Shown: positions 1 to 34,703 of the stretch, in pieces
How the letters are laid out: each line of letters opens with the position of its first letter
Position numbering within the stretch: the stretch's first letter is position 1
Source: Marsupella aquatica
Taxonomy: Eukaryota > Plantae > Marchantiophyta
Reading direction: 5' to 3'
DNA length: 64,000 nt
Assembly (NCBI GenBank): GCA_973895155.1
Contig: OZ316891.1
Span: 13,857,037-13,921,036, forward strand
Notes under the pieces: model-generated
What the model saw: only the letters and a program-made list of their open reading frames with translations
What the model was told of the DNA's origin: nothing
The model's database searches: none
Made by a program: the position numbers and the translations under genes

Positions 1-2449
1 TTGATTCCACATATAAGTTTGACTTGGGGGTTTACTTTAGTGTATTTTTCAGGATACCATGTGAAAGCTTGAGCTAATTCAAATACTCTACTTTCTAAAA
101 ATCATATTTTATCAAAATTTCTACTCTACGTCTTGAAGTGATATATTTTACTTTAGAAAATGTATACAATACTTTGTTTTACATCTCACCCTGCGTTCAA
201 ATTGGTCAAAACCCTATGAAAATAACTGTTGCATTGCACATGTCTTATACTTTTTTATAGTTGACCGACCATAAGTTTGAAGAATGTGGCAAGCAGTGAA
301 GGTCAAATCGTTGAGCTTTCGCCGTGTTTTGGGGGCTGGATTCTCAGGTGGGGTTCCTATTCCCCCTTCCCCTCCCAAAATCAAAAGAAGAAAAAAGTAA
401 AATGTTGAAATGTAAATACATATTACAATGCCAAGGAACAAAAAATGCCAAACGTGGAGTCACGAAACCAAAGGTAGGAGACCCAATAAAGGGGAGAAAA
501 GAAAGCAAAAACCCATACCTCTCTTTTTCTCTTCAGTATGGCGGTGCATGGTGATTCAACTTTCTGGAACTTAAAGCTCAGATGCTGCCTTTTCGTGACA
601 CATGTGCACACAGCTGGTTGATGAAATATATATATAGAACAACTAGCGTCAAACCAGGACACATGATCTCAAAGGTAGGAAACACATTATCCCAAATAAA
701 GAAGCCAAACCAAGGGAAAATTAGAGAAAGACCAAAGGGCCAAATAAGCCCTAGAGTCTTGAACACCGGCAACAACAACGAAAACCCTCCCAGAAGAAAA
801 GTTCAGGTAATAGGAAATTAGGCATACCCAATTACATTTTTCATAATTCTTGCCTCTGACCAGGATGCATCTTGGTGGGTTGGCTCCTGGATCTGTCTTC
901 TTTGTGATGCATGTTTCCTCTACTGCCTTTTACTTGTAAAGTATACTTGAAGAAACAGATATCATTCTAAAACTTTATGTATATAAAAGAAAATTATTCC
1001 TCAATCAGAGAGCTACACTTGATACATCCTGGCACCATCTACAATTTTCCCCGCAATTAATGTTATGCACGCAATTCTGGTGAAGCAAATTTGTGGCTTA
1101 AATCATGAATCAGTGTTACCAAATTTTGTTTAACATGCATTCAAATGACTAGTTTTGGCCCAATAGGTGTTGGGGTTCTGCATGAAAATCCTGGCCTTAG
1201 AATGGACGAATCAGTGTAAGTCACACTAATTAGATGCTAACACTTATAGCCAAGAAGGTTGTAGAGGTGTAAAGGAGTGTATTTCCTAAGCACCCATACA
1301 ACCGACAGAAAATGTAAAGGATATACTGTGTGATTGTGTCAAATACAACAACCCCAAAGAATCTTGGTTTCCTTTTCTCTTTCCCCCCTTGAAAAAGGGG
1401 GAAAAAAAGACCCAAAGGCGGAGAAGCAGTATATTTTTACTGGGATTTTGTTTGTCACTGAAAATGTATCAGTTTGAGACATTAAAGAGCAGACGTTAAG
1501 CACTGATGGACTGATGGGGTATGATGTCAAGCACACAGTACTGTAGCAAGAAGCGAAGGGGACAAATATGATTCAGGTTAGACATTTCTTGGGAAACTCA
1601 TTTGCAACTGCTTGGGTCCCACTTTTAGATGCTGCCCCACGTTTTCATTTAGGTGATAAGAAATTGAGGTCTAAATTTTTTATGTGTGCAAAGAGCTTTA
1701 GTGAACCCCACCTTGAGACAGGGTTTGTGCAAAAGATGGTCAACTTATGAAACTTGTACTTGGAACCTTACTTGCCACAATGATGATTGCTATCCTAGGC
1801 ATACTTGTTGAGATGGCTATTGCCCCGCAAACTTTGGACTTATGTAGATCCATGCACATGAAGATATACACTCTCATGTCTTCACCCTCTATGAAGAATG
1901 GACAGCACATACAACAAACCACATTGAATGGTGGGACTTACTATGCAACAGTACATGGATTTTCTTGATCAATGGACCCTTAAGAGATACCATGCACTTG
2001 GGAAACCTCTAACAAACAAGTAATAGACACAATAGATGAGGTTCAACTCTAGAGAGGTAATCTCGATGAGAACACACAAGAGAGAAGAGATATACTTAAT
2101 GTACCTCGTAACATAACTTTTCTACTTAATCCACCAAAAGATGCAGATTCTCTTGCAGTGGACCCAAAGTTTCAGCTTCCCTCCCAATGGACCTAAAGTT
2201 TCAGATTCTCTCCCAATGGACCTCCGGGCCCACTCCATACAAAAATGTTCTTGTAAAAGGCTTTACCACACTGTTCAGGTTCACTGAGTACCCTGCTAAC
2301 ACCATGGTTGGTCATGTGTAGTAGGCCGATGATAACTACACAGTGCATGGATCGTGCAAGCATTGTAGCCCCTAGCCGCAATGGAGCCACAGTGCCCTCG
2401 GGGGTCTCACTATATGAAGGCCTCTCCATCACCTGCGACCTTTTTGGTC

Positions 2450-2650
2450 TCGGACCCCCTAAAATGTAAGAATTTATTTTTATTTTTAACCCCTATAAAG
2501 TTGGAATATTCTTGAAATGTTTCAAAACTTGGATTAAAAAGACACTCTTGTTCTTATAAGTCTCAAAATTGGATTTAAATTAAAGGACCCTATTGTTCTT
2601 CTGCAAAAATTCTTAAGTCTTCCCTTAGAACCAATAAAACAACCCTTACT
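2450..2650 (+). repeat. Dispersed ~300-bp repeat family, diverged partial copy
   Basis: GGAATATTCTTG...TTCTTATAAGTCTCAAAATTGGATT...TGTTCTTC..CAAAAATT...AGTCTT blocks match the 8300 and 56870 copies. Confidence 0.55.
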
Positions 2651-4609
2651 ATCCTTCATCACACGTGATGTGTCATTTTTGTCACGTGAACTCCCCGAGG
2701 TAGCGCTATGGCTTTCTATTTTTTTAATACAATATGGCTTTTGTATTCAAACTACAAATGAACAAGTTTGTTGCAGCATCAGAGCATGCAAGCACCTTTG
2801 GCCCTCCAACTTTTCATAATTCATTGTCAATTTAGGATTCACGATATAAAGGAAATAGTTGAAAACCGCATTGGAGCTTGCAAGCGCTATAGCACCCCAA
2901 CCTCCCTGCTTTAATAAAGATATTGTCTGTCGTGTATACAACTTTTAAAGCAATTTTCAAGATTCAAATGTGCTCGCCCTTTATGGCACCTTCCTCAGAA
3001 GTTCTGTCATCCAATATCCTTTGGGGGCGGGGTTCTGAATATTCTTTCAAGCCCTCAGATGTTTGTGTGTGTCTTGCGTTCTTGCCCTCTCATGATAGGG
3101 GACATTGACCTCCCAACAGGCCTCCCAAACATCACCTATGGTCCACAAATGCATTGACTCATTGTCCTCCATGCCTAACACGTTCCCTCTAAGCGTATTG
3201 AACATTCGGGGAGTGGATAAACTCACGACCCTGCAGTGCAAGCTCACGCACAGAGCATGTAAGCATAAAAAGCATCATGTAAAATGACAGGAAAGTGCAA
3301 AAGTTCTGGAACATGTCAGTGATTTGGTGGGTCCCCCTCTAAATACATTGTCAAGAATGTATTTGGTTCAAGATATGTGCATATGTAGCTTTTACGCACC
3401 TCTGCTCCGGTTTACTCCAACCCTAAGTCGGTTAATTATATATAATATATTTCCTATACATGGATGTCAATGTCTATAACACTTTGTATATGTTGTGGTT
3501 GCATGAAGTTTGGTTCATGTTACAATGTGGTCTTTGTATACGTTATTGTCAATGTATACATGATCTATCTGCGAGGCTTTGTGTCATCGTGCGGGCGCAC
3601 GGTGCATGGTTTGTTTGACACTACAATTGATGTTTGTATGCATTTTTGTCAATGTATACAATGTCAATACATTGATTCACTTGAAACTGCAATCGTAGTT
3701 GACAGCATTCTATGACTCGATCAGACACTAACAAACAATATAACATGCTGCGTCTTACAATGACAACCTCCCGTTATAAGGACCGCACACTGTGTTAGAA
3801 GAACATCTCATACAAACTGGTACCTCTGGTGGGCCCAAAGGTCCACTGGGAGATAGTGTGCATTGTTTGGTCTGTTAAGTAGAAAAGTTAAGTTTGGAGG
3901 TTGATTAAGTATATCTCTACACAAAAGAATTTTATTGCATTCCATGCCTGTTAACCATACCAAATCTCTATAACACAAGCTCTTTCTATCTTTCAATCAA
4001 CTCCATAACAATCCCCAAAGGTGGTGAGCCCAAGGGGGTTTTAACCATGACCCTCAAGTGGCCATGGATCCTGTCATGGAATAACAAGCATGGGCACTAA
4101 GTGTAGTTTTATTCTATTTTGTGAACTGAAAATTGCGCCTGAAAATGGATAACCCGGTGGATAACACTCCTGGTGATCTGGCCAAGGGGACCAAAATTTC
4201 ATAACCCCAATGCCAGGCTAGGCTAGGCTGGCAGATTTTAATAGAAGTTGCAGATATAGACCCACGGCAGTCTCATGGCAGTCTAGGTTTAGGTTCAGAG
4301 AGACGTGGCTAAAAAATGTGCGGCACTACCTGAGCCTAGCTCACACACTGTCACTGGATTTCACCAAATGTTTCTGATGTTCAGTTCCCCTTACTGCAGT
4401 CTGGTTTTTACAGGACAAATAAAAATAAACTCAAACAGTATTTTCACCAGTCTAACTCACCCGCAGGCTGCACTACAGGCACTGTCTATATCCTGACGAA
4501 GAGAAGCAACCGTCTACATCTGAGACCCCCTAATGGCTCACAACTATCCATAAAACTATCAAAACAAAGTAGGCAAGGAATTTACATGCACAGTAAACTA
4601 CTTTACTAC

Positions 4610-4820
4610 TTTTACAGGACATTATGGGATATAGTGTCCCCCCAAAATGAGAACTCTTGATGTTCTTGACTGTGCCAGCCTGGCCTGGGGTTTTGAGATT
4701 GCACATCCCATAATGTCCTTTTACAGGACATTATGGGATATAATGGGACATTATGGGATATAATGGGATGTGCAATTATCCCATTGCCAGCCTGGCCTGG
4801 GGTTTTGAGATTGCACATCA
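4610..4820. repeat. Local tandem duplication with internal short repeats
   Basis: TTTTACAGGACATTATGGGATATA and GCCAGCCTGGCCTGGGGTTTTGAGATTGCACATC each occur twice; ATGGGAY microrepeats are present. Confidence 0.85.
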
Positions 4821-7800
4821 AGAACCAATAACCAGATACATATTCAGAATAACAATCAGTGACTTAAACAAAAGATTTGAGTTTGTCATGGTATAGAATG
4901 ACATGTTATCACATTTTGATGTGCAAAGCTGGCAAAGGGTGTAAATGGCTCATTAACGGGTAGCAATACAAGGAAAGAAGTACGCAATAGGGCCACTCCA
5001 CGATGCATTCTCTCTGTCACCACAGACGGATTCTCTTTGTCACCATAAGATGGATTCTTTAGGCCATGACTAGGGCGTCTCAAACCTTTCTCTTTGTCCC
5101 CATAAGATGGATTTAAGGTAATTTTATCTGAACTAAAAGGACGGACAACAAAAGCTTGTTGGCACACTTTGGGCCGAAGACCCAGGAAGTGGGTACTTTC
5201 AGGCCAGGGTGATTTTTTGCAACCCCACAGGTTTGAGACGCCCTACTGTGCTGCATACAGTGTAAGCTCTACATCCGCCGCGGCTTGGGCCCTTATGTTG
5301 TTGGCCTGTCCCCTGCCCAGATTCGGGCGTGGTACAGTAGTACCTAGTTTAATATTGTATTACAGTGTACGCGGTGGGAGCCTCGTCCCTGTACGCGAGT
5401 GTCTCCAGTCTCCGTGCCCCCACCTGCGCGAGGATCGAACGGACGGTACGCGAGGCCCATATTGGTACGACTCGCCGACGTCAGATCATCAAAACGTTTT
5501 GCCCGCCTACGGTAATGGTGGCTTCTTCCCCCTTCCGACAGACACGTGGGATGTTTCAAACTCTTGGCGTGAAGCTCAATTCGGACGGTAACATTACATT
5601 AAATAACCTTTGCATATTTGCATTACTTGCCCGGGTATATTATACTACTGTGGTCGTAATCTGGTTCGCGCAAGTAATTGCACATAATAAATCGGCCTTG
5701 ACCAAAACGATTTTACACAATGTTTTTCCCAATCAGGAGTCCGGGAGAATAACACTGTTTAATGCGCGACATTAGTATCAGATTAATTTATTATTTGTTA
5801 TGGGGCTCAAAAATCTTTGAGTCCGAAGTAACATTAATTTAAATGTGAAATTGGTATTAGAGTAATTTATTATGCATTACTACTCTTTAACAACCATTCA
5901 TCAATAGAGCCCAAAAATTATCAATAGCATGAGTAACATTAATGGCAGAACATTGTGTGCGATCAAACTGAACTGAAACTAACGGTAAGAGTTGTAATGG
6001 TTTGAAAATAAGTTTTGACAACAAGTTTCCAGGTCATTTCTGAAACCCATCACAATACTGAGCTAAATTTTACTCAATAATGAAGGGTGCCAACCCAAAA
6101 TAACAAATTTCCAAAAAAAGGTGGTCCAACAAAAGGTGGGGGCAAGAATGGAATAAAGTAAACTCCAGAATCTACAACCTTATCTAGGAAAAACACCAGT
6201 AAAACATGGGACTAAAACACCAGGAAGGGGGTCATTCTATTTTCTTACCCCATTTATTGGGTTTCTTTCCCTTTGAGTTTTGTTCTTTGGCGACTCTGAA
6301 TATATTTATTTGTCAAAATTGGCAGCAAACACAATAGCACATGTTTTTGGTACAGTGGCAATGAACAATGTAAAACCGTGAGTGTAAGAATAAATTGAGG
6401 AATCTCGGGAAGATTTCACTGGCCACACGTGAAAGTTTTGAACCCAGTTACAACTACAGTCTACAGGACTCTCATTTTCTTACTCTTTATTGACACGGCC
6501 TTCACTTTTCTTCGGGCAGGGGGAAGGTATGGACTATGGAACAATAAATTTAAGATGCCCGCCCATATCGGGTCCCAATGTCCCCACCCTTTAATTGACG
6601 AGGTTTCGCGCCCTCGGTCCCATGTGCTCTGTAGAGCAGTCCTAGGGATTCACATGCACATGCAGGGGCCGGTACACAAGATAAGTTACACAATAATTAT
6701 GTCAGGATGTGTGTCCTGTCTTTCATCAGGAGAAAACTCTGGAACCCTTTGGACATGTTCGCCCAGCATCTTCGAAGCGGCCAATGGCAGACGCGTGTGC
6801 CGTGCCCGCTGACCGAAAAGTCTCACCAACCCAACCTTAAAAACAAAAGAAGAATGAATCATCAGCTATTTACATCACTGGAAACAAATGGAGGTATCCA
6901 ACGGATTCCTTAGTTTTCAGTTCTCGTTGTCGTTGTGATTGTTTTCTTTGAGGCAACTTGTATATTTTGACAAGTGTGGTGTACATATGTGCGAAGTGCG
7001 GCATTCACTGACTGTCGTCTCCACAATAACGGTAAAATAGTTGGGGCAGATCTGATATTCCGTTTTTGATTCAAGTGTTGGGGATACCGCTGCCTATGGC
7101 CTCACTTGGGGGCGAAGCTGGGAGTTTTTTAATTATAGTTTTGGGGGCGGGGATTTTCGACAGGGAGTTGGTGGCTACGCTGAGAAGTATTTTATCATAT
7201 TTTTGGGGGCTGAGATTTTCAGCGTAGAAAAGTCACACACCATTGCCACACAGGTGGCCCATTCCTACGTTACGTGCCAGCTCTACACGTCATCCTATAT
7301 AATATATGGCACACTGCCAAACAAACAAAAGCACCCCAAAACGGGAGACGTGATCCTGTATGCGATAAACCCAATAAAGGGGGAAATACCAAGGCAAAGT
7401 CCCAGGAACAAAAACCCAAAAGCCTATCTTTGGGCAGATTGAAGAGCCTCTTGGAGGGCGTGAACAGCATAGGATAGGAGGGTCATGCACAGGAACTACA
7501 GACCCCTAGAGCCTACTCCCTTGCTCCTACAGAAAACAGTGAATGCCTCAGCCCTCTCTATAGAAACATTTACCTTTAGTTATACATTCTTTCCTAATAT
7601 TACACATGCAATTTTGAAAAAGAGTAGGTTCATCATATTAACTGAGCTAGCCCATTCTACCCCCCATACCAGTGCCAACCATAAGCAAACATCCTATACC
7701 ACAGTCTCCTGGTCCTGATGCCCTTCCCTAGAAATCTTAGATTACATGGATTAAGAATTAAAAGCCTTTTCCCGCACAAAGAGATGGAGATCCCATCTGA

Positions 7801-7823
7801 GCCTGAGGTTTAGAAAAATTCAA

Positions 7824-7911
7824 TGCGCATCTGACTTAGATAAATAGCAACTTTGTGAGTGCTAACTGCGCATCTGACTTAGATAAATAGCAATTTTGTG
7901 AGTGCTAACTG
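7824..7911. repeat. 43-bp tandem duplication
   Basis: TGCGCATCTGACTTAGATAAATAGCAAYTTTGTGAGTGCTAAC twice, with one mismatch. Confidence 0.95.
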
Positions 7912-8299
7912 GCGGTTTCTCTCCACATTTAGGGAATGGCACCTCCATGTCTGAGAAAAACCCACAAACAAAGAGGTGAGACCTGTAAGTCTTCCATCTT
8001 CCATGGAACACAAACACCAGATGTTGTATTTGATTAGTGATGCTATTTTAAGATTTTATGGTGATGAAGTGTCTGCATAATAATATTGTGTTCAAGTAGT
8101 GACACAGAGTATTTCTTTTACCACAAAATTTCACTCCAAATTCACAATGCCCACTTCTAACACAGCAACCGAGCACAATGTATAGAGCAACCATCCTGGT
8201 AACAATTTGTATTGGGTTATGACGCCCTAAAAGAGATGGTTGTATTTCAAGTTTGAGGGGCTATTATTGACCATAATGCCCTTGTAACAGGGTGCCAAC

Positions 8300-8600
8300 T
8301 TAGGGTCCTTAATCCAAGAGGTGTCCCATATCATGCGCAAAATTTTGGGGGAATAAATACCATAAAACTTAAGTCAATAAAGTTTTTTTGAAGAAGTTTT
8401 TACCCCTAACTTAATGGAATACTCCCAAATCTAATTTTAGAAAACCCTATGATTCTTATAATTCTCAAAACTGGATTAAAATAACCCTAATGTTCTTCAA
8501 CAAAAAAATAGAAGTCTTTCACTAAACCCAATTTAAAAAACCCTATGTATACTTATTTGCGTGTACTGGGTTGGAAGAAAAGAAGTGAGGACCCCGGGGG
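8300..8600 (+). repeat. Dispersed ~300-bp repeat family, copy 1 (probably a non-autonomous transposon)
   Basis: Collinear similarity to 56870-57167 (AATCCAAG.GGT...TCAATAAAGTTT...TACCCCTAACTTAAT.GAATA...GATTCTTATAATTCTCAAAA...GGGTTGGAAGAAAAGAAGTGAGG) and, more weakly, to 2450-2650. Confidence 0.75.
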
Positions 8601-9463
8601 TGCCAATATACTTAAAATGTAAGAGAGTTATTTGTCTCACTATTTGTAGTAAAAGTAGAGGAAAAGTTTCGTAATAAGCCATCCAAATTTGACCAAACTG
8701 AAACCAGGATGCACCATGTTCAACACAGTCCTCCCGTGGCATTTTGGTGGTGCATGGGAGTTTAGGGCCCATATCTTGATCATTATGAGTTCTAATTTTG
8801 CACATGCAAGGCAACTAGAGGAGTAGACAAAATAAAACAGAAACTCAAATATTTCATATAAACACATTAAAATTATCTGATGGCATTTTATACCCCACAA
8901 TTGTGATGAAAATTTTACTTTCACTTTGATGGAAATGTAGCTTGCCTACTCTTCTAGAATATCCCTCAAACAGTTTAAAATTTGAGTTTGTGGATATCAA
9001 GTTATTAAAATAAACTCAAGTTTTGGGAACTATGATCTGTGGGGGTTTAAAAGACTGTGGTCCATGGGGGCTTCAAATTCAAATTTGAACTGGACATTGT
9101 TCTCCATAAAGCACCCAAAATTACAAAGAGAACATCACAAGGGGCATCAAGCTCCTCAAACAATTTTCAACAAAAGGCCCACGCACTTTGTTTGTTGGAA
9201 GGTGGAAGAGGATAGTCCACCAAACAAGGCCTTTTCCTCATTTGGCAAAGCCCACCAGCACCCACCCAACTGGTACACTGTCACTTCACGGATGAAGTGT
9301 GGTAGCCAGTCACAGAAAATCAACCTTCCAAGTGAAGAATCCATCACCTGGTAACATGTAGTAGTCCAGTAACCAGAACCAAGTGGCCAAACGAGGACGA
9401 AATCGTATACAGTAGCTACAGTACTTGCAACGAGAACTGAAATTAATTTAACCAATTCTAACA

Positions 9464-9710
9464 ATCAAGCACCACTTGCTCACGAAAGCCCCAATTATCC
9501 CTTTTGAAGCGTTCTAATGGTGAAAATAAAAAAGCACCATCCTGAGAGAGAAAGTCACCGCTTGCCAAGTCTAAAATCAAGCACCACTTGCTGACGAAAG
9601 CCCCAATTAGATCCCCTCTGCAGCGTCCTCATGAGAAAAAGCACCAACCTGAGAGAGAATGCAGCGTCCTCATGAGAAAAAGCACCAACCTGAGAGAGAA
9701 AGTCACGGCT
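9464..9710. repeat. Nested duplication (a ~110-bp unit plus a 41-bp exact tandem copy)
   Basis: AATCAAGCACCACTTGCT.ACGAAAGCCCCAATTA occurs twice; GCAGCGTCCTCATGAGAAAAAGCACCAACCTGAGAGAGAA occurs twice at 9620-9700. Confidence 0.9.
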
Positions 9711-12002
9711 TGGGGCAACAGATGACATACGCACATGATTGGAAGATAATTTCACCATGAGTGAAGAAACAGAGAAGCCTAAATAAAAAACTTTGGAGAG
9801 AGCCGTGCTGCTCTGAAAATGCAGCCAACTCTTGCACGCAAGTCTTTCCCGTCCAGTTGACGAGCACCCAGTTTCCTACTACTGCACGCTAGAGAATTGA
9901 CATGCAACGAAAAAGTCGGTGCTACGTGGATGAAAGGGCCACAATGGTTTTCGCAAGCCAGGTGGGTTGAACCGCTTCATTAATCAGATGTATTGTTGCA
10001 GGCTGTCTTGGTTTTGCTTGAATGTCAATGGCAGCATTAAGAATCTTCATAAGAGATCTCGAAATTGCAATTTTCCAATCTCGTATTCGTGGGTCAGCTG
10101 TGTACATTCTGAGCAATCCTTCGAGTGACAAACCTGCATGCAGAAACGATCCCATCTCGATCGTGCCTTTGCATCGAGCAACTTGTGGTCTTGTATGTAC
10201 AGGCAATATGTGATGTACGAGTGAGACACCGCTAGTTGTGGTGATCACGTGTGAAGGAGAGACTAGCTCATTTGTCCCTAGGCTGCAACTCAGATAAACT
10301 GCTGATATTCCATGCGGGATGACCGTAGGCAGCAGACTGAATCAACAAATTTCGCATGCTGGCAGATTAATGGACAGAAATATGCTCCATCGAAGTACAG
10401 TACTCATGTGGACACAGTGAGCCGTCAGCCAATATGAGCTCACAGTTCGAGTCCTTTCGAGCCTGGTCAATACAGCCTTCTCTCGTTTCTTTCCCAGTAC
10501 ACGAAATTCAAATTCCTCTATTCCAGGGGAGCTAAACAAAGCTGGCCAATCCAGTACATTTTCAGTTATTCAGCGTTATGATCTGAAGAAATTATTCTTA
10601 ATCGTTCTTCCTCGCCAATGTGAGCCGAGCAAGCCTGGAAATCAATTGTCGAGGACACGAGTTGTGCCAACTATGATGCAGATATGAGTTTCTCTAGAAC
10701 GATAGGAAGTCCCTGTTTATGAGCAGTCTACTGCGTATATATCATGACTGAATTGTTTGTCGGCGCAGTAGAGTAACCCGACAGGATGATATGTTCAGAA
10801 TGAGATGTTTTATGTCAGCAACATGCCCAAAACTCGTCATCCGGCTTGGCTTAAATCAATAGCCTGGCACACGACTGTACCTGGATGTTAAGGTGTTGTA
10901 ACTAAAGGGCAATGCTCAGATATTTGTTGCAGTGGCGTGTGGGAAAAATTGTCCTATATAAACCTCTCCCATGACCCTGAGCTTGTTTAAGAGGTGTGAG
11001 AGTACTTTAAGAACTTTTGACCACAAAACAAAAACCTCGTTTAAGACAATGGTAACTTAGACAAGAGAACTAGGAGATTGTGGAGGTATTCATTCACACG
11101 AGGACATTATCAGAAGACTGTCCACTCGTTAACGCTTCATTAACCATCCCTACCTTATCCCCAAGCTATTTGAGGCATTCAAGAACTGAAGAGCGAGATC
11201 GTACCCACTAAAACCCTCTAGTTCCTCATATTTCATAGCTCTCGGACTCTTAAGTTGACAGCATCATCGGTTCAGATTAATATGGAGAGATCAGTCCACA
11301 AGGAAGTAGGGTGGAAAGTTTTAAAAAGCGCACAAAGCAGGGCACGACTCTCAAAGGTTTCAGTCACTCCATCAGGTCCACATGAATGTACCGACGTCAG
11401 TCCGCAGGAGAATAAGCTCAACAGTTCTTCAAAGAAGTAAAATGAAGTATCTGGACTAAATATTCCACTTGAGACTACAGCGGTTAAAGCGCCAAAAGTG
11501 CATTTTCTAATAAAGAAGCTTGGTTCTGATAACATAAGACAGGTAGCTGGAAACCTGTAAGCTTAGATTGGAATGAATCAGGGCGAAGCATAAAGAATAA
11601 CCTACCTGCCACAACAATTTGACTGGTGTTCTAATGGAAGAGACCTTCCCCTCCACTTTCGTATACAATACAGTTTGGTTCTCCATCCTTTCCTAGAGCG
11701 CAAGATAATGTGCTAAGACACTACAAACTAGTCAACATCCGCGGTTGAGGGACTCTCTGCAGGTAATTTCCTGCCTACAAGGCTTCAGTTTCTCCTAGTG
11801 GGCATATAACTCTACCGAATCAAAAGACAGGAAATCTGTGAAGACAATGGCCAAAAAGACCAAAAGCTCCTGCTTTGTACAATGCGAAGGAATCTAATAA
11901 TCCTTCTAAGCAGAGGAAAATCCTTACGTCCAAAGTCTTAAATTTGCAACTAATAGGTGGGGCCACGACGACTAAAGTTCTCCAGCTCCACAGTCTAACA
12001 GT

Positions 12003-32897
<20,895 letters not shown>

Positions 32898-32920
<23 letters not shown>

Positions 32921-33165
32921 TGTTCCTCGGCACGCTGATCGCTCCAATTGACATCGGTGTCCTGTCCAACATCCCCTCTCTCTATCTCTCTCTCTAGATG
33001 GATAGCAGTTGATTCCCAACGATCCAATTTAATACGAGCGCACTACCTCGACAATGGAATGGAATGCCCACCAGGAGGCCAAGAACTTGTGCTCAGAAGT
33101 AAGTCATCCTGCTATGTTTCTCCTGCCACCGCGATGCAGTAAGTTTTGCACCCGATCCAGTTCAT
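32898..33165 (-). promoter_or_regulatory. Putative SPIRRIG 5' leader with upstream ORFs
   Basis: ATG-initiated ORFs at 33165-33112 (17 aa), 33107-33093 (4 aa) and 32972-32898 (24 aa, overlapping the main ATG out of frame). A candidate 5'UTR intron runs 33987-33171 (CAG|GTTAGT ... TTTACAG|). Confidence 0.4.
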
Positions 33166-34703
33166 AACTTCTGTAAATGGGCCCTACGAACACATCCCAA
33201 GTCTAACTACGCCCGACAACTAGTAACAGAGGAGCTGATCTACATTTTTCGTCTACAGTCCAATCCCTCCGCCCTGTTTCTGACGGTCTGGAGCTTTCGT
33301 CTGCTAAGATACATTCCCTGTCACCGCAGCTGCGTCGAAGGACATCAATCCAGAGAGGAACCAATATAAGGTATCCGATAATGACCAACTCTAACGTTGC
33401 AATTTCCAAGATGTTCGAATTTTCAAGACGCCCCCGATGGATTGCACGAAATTAGGTGGCAAAAAGCCGGAATAATCCTGGAGTAAGATAAGTAGTCTTC
33501 ACAGGAAGTCAAGTTTACATGAGGGATCACGCCTCCCGTCCGCTAGCCTAAAAGTCATCCTTGATTCCTCAATAAACAGCGGATTTCGAAATACCAAAAC
33601 CCACAACCAATTCAAATCGTTTCTTCGATTTTTCAAAAGACCTCGCCCGTCTTACTCAACTAGATAACCATCTCAAGATAACCAATTGGACGCCGATATC
33701 GCCAACTTTCTCTTTCAGCTGCATCTTACACACCTCAGGGAATCCTTGCCTAGTGCACCTTTACGCCCCCTGTTCTCCCCTCCTTTGTAGCTGACGGCTT
33801 GACGTTGATAAACATTCTCCCATCCCATTCCTGCCCACAGATTCTCCAGCTCGCTCCACTGAATTGAGATCCGTTCAGCATCCAACCTCCTGCGCCAGTT
33901 CAAACACTAATCTAGCAACCAGTAGCTCCAGCGAAGAGAGCTCTACGAAAGAAAACTCGCGCCGACTTTTCTCCTGCCTGTACTAACCTGGTCTCCTGGT
34001 CTCCTGGACCTGTCCGTTTCACTTTGTTCGCAATTCGTCGTCACTGATGCAGCTCTGATCCTCTCACAAAGGATGTTGTTGCACGGATCGTCCCGCAAAC
34101 CTTTCCTCTCTCTCTACTTCCCTCTCTTCTAGCACATCCGGACCCGGTCTCCCTCGTGCGAGCCAGTCTGCTTCGCTTCTTGGATAATCAAACTCCCACT
34201 CCGACTAGTGGCGCTCCCTAGTCGCACTGTTCTACTCTGTAGCTCCGTCTTCCACCATTCTCCCGCTCCCACGCATGATGCTCCCCGGTCTCACTCGTAA
34301 AGCTTCTCTACCTCATTCCGTTAGCTCGCCGGGTGCTGCTCCGAGACTTCGTCTTCGATTTTCGTTGCTTGATAAAGCATCAATTTTAGACGACACGGGA
34401 AAGCATCGCTGCTTTCCAGAACTCTGTGTGTTGTTGTTTGTGTGCACGCAGTTCGTCTTTTTACACACACACGTGTTTTCCTCGTTCCTACTTTTTCAGC
34501 GCCGTCCCTCCCTCGCGCGTCGTCGCGCCGTCCCGTCCCTTTGGTCATCGTGCCTTCCCTTATTGAGGGGCCTGGCCCTTGACTCTCCTCGTTCGGGACC
34601 GGCTTGTTCTTTGGGAAGGTACTGACTTATTCCCACAAGTTTCCACATCCATCTATTAATAAAGCGATATCTATTAATAGGGGGCTCTAGAACGCAGGTA
34701 CAC

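Noticed and set aside
5169-5775. Overlapping 140-aa and 136-aa ORFs in a GC-rich patch
   Set aside because: Non-ATG starts, no recognisable domain and no convincing splice structure.
9922-11535. Short ORFs downstream of SPIRRIG
   Set aside because: No recognisable homology and no phase-consistent exon chain; probably 3'UTR or intergenic DNA.
32921-33019. 33-aa N-terminal extension of SPIRRIG suggested by the ORF track
   Set aside because: It starts at TTG and crosses a GA microsatellite; similarity to SPIRRIG begins at MKW (32920).
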